Positions 36,358 to 40,512 of a stretch of DNA of 40,512 nucleotides are shown in pieces. The position numbers were made by a program, and so were the translations under genes. This DNA comes from Deltaproteobacteria bacterium HGW-Deltaproteobacteria-17 (lineage in GTDB: Bacteria; Myxococcota_A; Polyangia; HGW-17). How positions within the stretch are numbered: the first letter of the stretch is position 1; every line of letters begins with the position of its first letter. The stretch is from contig PHBF01000001.1 in assembly GCA_002841905.1 (NCBI GenBank), positions 1 through 40,512 of the forward strand. Direction: 5' to 3'. The notes beneath the pieces were generated by a model. The model was not told the DNA's origin. It made no database searches and worked only from the letters and a program-made list of their open reading frames with translations.

Positions 36358-37250
36358 GACTGTCCTCCCGTGGCGGGTTTCTCGAACACCACCAGTTCCC
36401 ACTCGCCCTCGTGCCAGCCCCGGACCACCGGCAGGTTCGTCTTCTCGCGGATCTCGTCGATCTGATCGTTGAGGATGCCTGAGAAGACCATCCGGCCGCC
36501 GGGTTCCAGGTTCCGCTGGAACAGGGGATTGAGCTCCAGCAGGACGTCGCGCTGGATGTTGGCCAGCACCAGATCCACAGGGGTCTCGGACCATGACAGA
36601 TCCACCTGGATCCGGTCCGCGAGGCCGTTGTTCGCGATCACCTCGGCGGCGGTCTCGACGGCATCCGGATCGTTGTCCACGGCCCAGATCCTCGCCTCGG
36701 GAAACAGGCTCGCCGCGGCCATGGAGAGGATGCCCGTGCCCGCGCCCATGTCCAGGATGCGCGTGGGGCGGAAGCCCGAGGCGTGCAACTGCTCGATGGC
36801 CTCCATCACCAGCCGCGTCGTGGCGTGCAGCCCGGTGCCGAAGGCCATGCCCGGATCGATGACGAACACCGTGTCCCCGGGCTCGGGCACCACTTCCTTC
36901 CACGACGGCCGGATGACAAAATGCCCGATCCGTTGCACGTCGAAGGCCTTCTTCCAGAACTCGTTCCACTCCTGCCGGGTGATGGGCACCATGCGGAAGC
37001 GCGCGGAGAGCTCCTCCTCGGCCTGATCCAGCGAGGCCGCCAGGACCGGGTTGAGCCGCTCCAGGAAGGCCTTCTCCGTGCCCTGCTCGATGTAGGCCAC
37101 GACCCGCGTCGTGCCACGGTCCTCCGCAAAGAGGGTGGTCGTGTCCCGCACCTCCACGCCCATGGCGCCGGCCCAGACGAACAGGGCAGCCACCTCATCC
37201 TCCTGCTCGGTGGTCACCGGCAGGGAGACCTCGACCCATTCATTTAACAT
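36354..37250 (-). CDS. prmA: Ribosomal protein L11 methyltransferase
   Basis: 298 aa. N-terminus WVEVSLPV..EDEVAALF, then IDPGMAFGTGLHATT and the SAM motif ILDMGAGTGILSMAA, with GGRMVFSGIL near the C-terminus. Confidence 0.9.
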   Translation of the reverse strand: MLNEWVEVSLPVTTEQEDEVAALFVWAGAMGVEVRDTTTLFAEDRGTTRVVAYIEQGTEKAFLERLNPVLAASLDQAEEELSARFRMVPITRQEWNEFWKKAFDVQRIGHFVIRPSWKEVVPEPGDTVFVIDPGMAFGTGLHATTRLVMEAIEQLHASGFRPTRILDMGAGTGILSMAAASLFPEARIWAVDNDPDAVETAAEVIANNGLADRIQVDLSWSETPVDLVLANIQRDVLLELNPLFQRNLEPGGRMVFSGILNDQIDEIREKTNLPVVRGWHEGEWELVVFEKPATGGQS

Positions 37251-38439
37251 GACGCGACTTGTCCTTTTCCAGAAGGTGACCGATCACGTGGTCGACCCGC
37301 TCGAAGCGGGTCAGCAGGATCATCGCCGCGATCACGAAGGGCTTGTACGAGGCCTCATGATAGGTGCGCAGGCGATATTTCTCGAACACGTCCGCGGAGA
37401 CCTCGCCCTGGGCGCAGGAGACGTTGGAGATGTCGGCGGGCAGGCAGTGCATGTACAGCGCGTCCCCGCCCTTGGTGAGCTTCATCATCTTGTCGTTGCA
37501 CTCCCAGTCCTTGTGACGGGCGTTCTCGGCGAGGGCGGACTTCTCGAGGTCCTTGAGCGCGGCGTTCTCGCCGGCGCGAAGCAGGCGGGTGCGCTCCTCC
37601 ATGACGGCCATGGGCGCCCAGCTCTTGGGATACACCACGTCGGCGTCACGGAAGGCCTCCTCCATCGAGTGCGTCTGGGAGAAGCGCCCGCCCGAGGCCT
37701 GGGCCTGCCTGCCGGACAACTCGAGGACCTCCGGCATCACGTTGTAGCCTTCGGGGTGGGCCAGCACCACGTCGGCGCCGAAGCGCGTCATCAGGCCGAT
37801 GATGCCCTGGGCGACCGACAGGGGTTTGCCGTAGGAAGGCGAATACGCCCAGGTCATGGCGATGCGCTTGCCGCGCAGCTTGTCCAGGCCGCCGAACATG
37901 CCCACCAGATGGGAAAGGTCGGCCATGCTCTGGGTGGGATGGTCCTTGTCGCACTGCAGGTTGATCACCGCCGGCCGCTGGGCCAGCACCTTGTTCTCGT
38001 AGGCGTCGTCGAGGGCGCGACCGACCTCGGTCATGTAGGAGTGACCCTCGTGGATGTACATGTCGTCGCGGATGCCGATGGCCACGGTGAGGAAGGAGAT
38101 CATGGCCGCGGTCTCGCGCACCGTCTCGCCGTGGGCGATCTGGCTCTTGGTCTCGTCCAGATCCATGCCCTGCAGACCCAGCATGTTGGTGGCGCTGGCG
38201 TAGGAGAACCGGGTGCGCGTGGAGTTGTCGCGGAAGATCGAGACGCCCAGGCCGGAGCGGAACACGCGCAGGTCCTTGCCCTCGCGATGAAGCTCGGACA
38301 GCAGGCGGGCCAGCTCGACGGTCGCGGTGATCGTGTCGAGATCCTGTTCCCAGGTCAGCAGGTAGTCCCGGTTGTACAGTTTTCCGGACACCTTCTTCAG
38401 CAGTTCCAGTTGTTGCTCGTACTTTTTATGTGAACTCAT
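37240..38439 (-). CDS. ygeW: YgeW-type knotted carbamoyltransferase
   Basis: The ORF track starts at 38484, but the ATG at 38439 (MSSHKKYEQQ) has GGAG 8 nt upstream. The 399-aa length exceeds OTC/ATC. Near-diagnostic YgeW stretches: DYLLTWEQ, GLGVSIFRDNSTRTRFSYASA, KSQIAHGETVRETAAMISF, IGIRDDMY, INLQCDKDHPTQSMADL, MHCLPA. Its 3' end overlaps the prmA start by 11 nt. Confidence 0.88.
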   Translation of the reverse strand: MSSHKKYEQQLELLKKVSGKLYNRDYLLTWEQDLDTITATVELARLLSELHREGKDLRVFRSGLGVSIFRDNSTRTRFSYASATNMLGLQGMDLDETKSQIAHGETVRETAAMISFLTVAIGIRDDMYIHEGHSYMTEVGRALDDAYENKVLAQRPAVINLQCDKDHPTQSMADLSHLVGMFGGLDKLRGKRIAMTWAYSPSYGKPLSVAQGIIGLMTRFGADVVLAHPEGYNVMPEVLELSGRQAQASGGRFSQTHSMEEAFRDADVVYPKSWAPMAVMEERTRLLRAGENAALKDLEKSALAENARHKDWECNDKMMKLTKGGDALYMHCLPADISNVSCAQGEVSADVFEKYRLRTYHEASYKPFVIAAMILLTRFERVDHVIGHLLEKDKSRHVK

Positions 38440-38517
38440 GTTTTTTTCTCCATCTCCAAGTGAAACCCGTGGGTTCTTGGTCATTCACAGGTCAGGTCAA
38501 CCTAAAATAACGAAAAG

Positions 38518-39966
38518 TCATTCCGATTCAAGCTGAACTTCCACGCCCTGTCGAATCAGGGACCGGACGTGGGTCACGCCGAAGTGGTACGGAAGCACCC
38601 CGTAGTGTTGAAAGTCCCACACGACCAGGTCGGCCGCCGCGCCCGCCACGGGGTTGCCCCGGTCGGAAAAGCCCGCGGCCCTGGCGGCCGTGCGGGTCAT
38701 CGCGTCCCAGGTCTCCTCGACGGTCAGGCCCATCTGCAGGCAGGCCAGGGTGCCGGCCAGCGGGAGGTTCTCGGTCATCGAGGTGCCGGGATTGCAGTCG
38801 GTGCCCACGGCCACCGGAATGCCGCGATCCAGGAACGCGCGGCCGGAGGGGACCGGAAGGCCCAGCGTGAGGGCCGCACCCGGGAGCAGCACGGCGGTGG
38901 TCGCGCCGGTGCGGGCCAGGGCCGCGAATTCTTCTTCACTGACCTGCTCGAGGTGATCCACGCTCAGCGAGGCCAGCCGGGCGGCCTCGGCGACGACCCC
39001 GAGGCTGTGGAACTGCCCCGCATGCACGCGCGTGCGAAGGCCGGCGTCGCGCGCGCCCTCAAGGATCCGGACGGTCTCGGCGACGGAGAACGCGTTGTCC
39101 TCGCAGAACACGTCCACGGAGACGGCCAGCTCCCGGGCGCGTGGGATCATGTCCTCCACGATGAGCCGCACGTAGGCGGCACGGTCGGAGGCGAACTCGG
39201 GCGGGACGATGTGCGCGGCCAGCAGGGTCGGGGACACGTCCACGGCGCTGCGCGCGCCCAGCCGTCGCAGCACGCGCAGCATGCGGAGTTCTCCATCGGC
39301 GGTCAGGTCGTAGCCGCTCTTGCCCTCGATCGACGTGACGCCGAAGCCGGACATGCGCGAGAGCCGACGCAGGGCCTGGCGGAACAGCGCCTCGTCGGTG
39401 GCCTCCCGGGTGGCGCGCATCGTCGAGAGGATGCCGCCTCCGGCCGCCTGGATCTCGGCATAGGTGGCGCCGGCCTTGCGCAGGGCGAACTCCCTCGCGC
39501 GATCGCCGGCGAACACGGGATGGGTGTGCGGATCCACCAGCCCGGCCGAGACCACGCGCCCCCCCGCGTCGAGGACGCGCACGGGCGACCCGCCGTCGGG
39601 AAGCGGGACTTCTGCGCGCGGACCGGCGGCCAGGATGCGGTCGTGCCGGATCAACACCACGGCGTCCGGGACGGCCTCGAAGCGGCCATCAGTGTCAAAG
39701 CGCACCAACTGCCCGATGTTGCGGATCACCAGCGTGGGAGGTCCTTCCAACGCCAGGTCGGCCGCCTCCAGCAGCCCCTCGCGTCCGTCGTCGAACCGGA
39801 GCGCCACGCGAGAGCCGCAGGAGGACAACTGCACCCGCTCGATCGTGGGGGCGCAGAAGCATCCGGTGCCGTAGAGGCGCCAGGCCGTGCGCTCCACCCA
39901 GCCCTGCCCGGGCATGCGCAGCCGCAAGCGATCTCGGTCGGAATTCAGTTGACATTCCAGGATCAT
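38518..39966 (-). CDS. hutI: Imidazolonepropionase (HutI)-like amidohydrolase with ~75-aa N-terminal extension
   Basis: DPHTHPVFAGDRAREFALRKAGATYAEIQAAGGGILSTMRATREA, IEGKSGYDL, RVHAGQF, SVDHLE, LLPGAALTL and GTDCNPGTS match the HutI layout. GGAGG lies about 9 nt upstream of the ATG at 39966. The extension has high GC3 from codon 18 on, and an alternative start exists at 39915. Confidence 0.85.
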   Translation of the reverse strand: MILECQLNSDRDRLRLRMPGQGWVERTAWRLYGTGCFCAPTIERVQLSSCGSRVALRFDDGREGLLEAADLALEGPPTLVIRNIGQLVRFDTDGRFEAVPDAVVLIRHDRILAAGPRAEVPLPDGGSPVRVLDAGGRVVSAGLVDPHTHPVFAGDRAREFALRKAGATYAEIQAAGGGILSTMRATREATDEALFRQALRRLSRMSGFGVTSIEGKSGYDLTADGELRMLRVLRRLGARSAVDVSPTLLAAHIVPPEFASDRAAYVRLIVEDMIPRARELAVSVDVFCEDNAFSVAETVRILEGARDAGLRTRVHAGQFHSLGVVAEAARLASLSVDHLEQVSEEEFAALARTGATTAVLLPGAALTLGLPVPSGRAFLDRGIPVAVGTDCNPGTSMTENLPLAGTLACLQMGLTVEETWDAMTRTAARAAGFSDRGNPVAGAAADLVVWDFQHYGVLPYHFGVTHVRSLIRQGVEVQLESE

Positions 39967-40012
39967 GGCGACCCCCCTCCGGCAATGGTGCGATCCGGGC
40001 CTGACACCCGAT

Positions 40013-40294
40013 TCAGTGGGAAGTTTTCTTCACGTGCTGGACATATTTGAAGCGCAGATCGAACAGGATCGAGTCGATCAGTTCCTGCTCCCCGTCGTTG
40101 AGGTTGCCGCGGGTCTTCTCCTGCAGCATCTCCAGGATCTGGATCGTCTGCTTGGCGAGGCAGACGTCCACCATCGTCTCATCCGTGTCCGGATTGGGAA
40201 TCTCGCCCAGCGAGATCAACACCGACGAGGACAGCGAGATGACGAAACTGGAGAAGTCGATCGGGGCGTCGGAGAGATCGGGGTTGCACTTCAT
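40013..40294 (-). CDS. DUF1844-family small protein
   Basis: The ORF track starts at 40360, but the ATG at 40294 (MKCNPDLSDAPIDFSSFVISLSSSVLISLGEIPNP...LAKQTIQILEMLQEKTRGNL) overlaps the stop of the upstream ORF (ATGA). The pattern matches my recollection of DUF1844. Confidence 0.65.
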   Translation of the reverse strand: MKCNPDLSDAPIDFSSFVISLSSSVLISLGEIPNPDTDETMVDVCLAKQTIQILEMLQEKTRGNLNDGEQELIDSILFDLRFKYVQHVKKTSH

Positions 40295-40506
40295 GCGTCT
40301 TCCCCGCCTTCGGTGCCGTCCAACTGCACGCCCAGGGGCTTGGTGTCGAGGCGGCGGCACTGCTCCGACACGTCGGACAACTTGGAGAGGTGGACCTCCA
40401 GTTCCTGGCTCGTGATGAAGTTCTCGCGCAGGTTGCGCTCGATCAAGCGGGTGTCGAACAGCATCTTCTGGGGGATGTAGCGGCGGGAAACGGGTTCCAT
40501 GGACAT
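40291..40506 (-). CDS. Small hypothetical protein (69-71 aa)
   Basis: ORF at the window edge. AGGAG at 40508-40512 favours the second ATG (40500, MEPVSRRY). Translationally coupled to the DUF1844 gene. No family recognised. Confidence 0.5.
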   Translation of the reverse strand: MSMEPVSRRYIPQKMLFDTRLIERNLRENFITSQELEVHLSKLSDVSEQCRRLDTKPLGVQLDGTEGGEDA

Positions 40507-40512
40507 ACTCCT

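Overview
High-GC (about 62-68% in the lines I counted) bacterial chromosomal segment. Its gene content and secreted-protein motifs (Cys-rich CGNG/CGDG repeats, PEGA, FG-GAP, vWA lipoproteins, a very large TPR protein) suggest a Myxococcota/deltaproteobacterium-like organism. This is a guess, because all calls rest on motif recognition by eye and no database search was possible. I support 26 protein-coding genes and saw no rRNA, tRNA, CRISPR array, integrase or transposase. Left arm (+ strand, 5-13193): ten tightly packed genes. They are a zinc-ribbon/2xFHA protein, a TetR regulator, an unknown exported protein, a PEGA lipoprotein, an AI-2E permease, the complete PrkA-YeaH(DUF444)-SpoVR triad, an RlmD/RumA-type RNA methyltransferase and a Cys-rich secreted protein. 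Middle: fmt-rsmB-rpe on the minus strand, with a 513-aa unknown where def usually sits, then a vWA lipoprotein and engB-rimI plus a 557-aa unknown. Right arm (minus strand): an 11.1-kb gene for a 3712-aa all-TPR protein, a small lipoprotein, prmA, a YgeW-type knotted carbamoyltransferase, a HutI-like imidazolonepropionase, a DUF1844 protein and a 71-aa ORF. The most unusual feature is a sharply bounded low-GC patch of about 3.9 kb (about 10968-14878; 33-45% GC in counted lines). Both of its edges lie inside open reading frames. The left edge is in frame within one copy of a Cys-rich repeat, giving a mosaic secreted protein with a host-like N-terminus and a foreign-looking 13-unit propeller array. 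The right edge replaces the last 9 codons of rpe. The patch also carries a signal-peptide/7xFG-GAP protein ending in a rubrerythrin-type Cys4 knuckle. I read this as a non-self-mobile, recombination-delivered surface-protein cassette, and it is the best candidate here for something undescribed. The giant TPR scaffold and the orphan ygeW-hutI pair are secondary leads. The many long antisense ORFs are high-GC shadow ORFs and were rejected.
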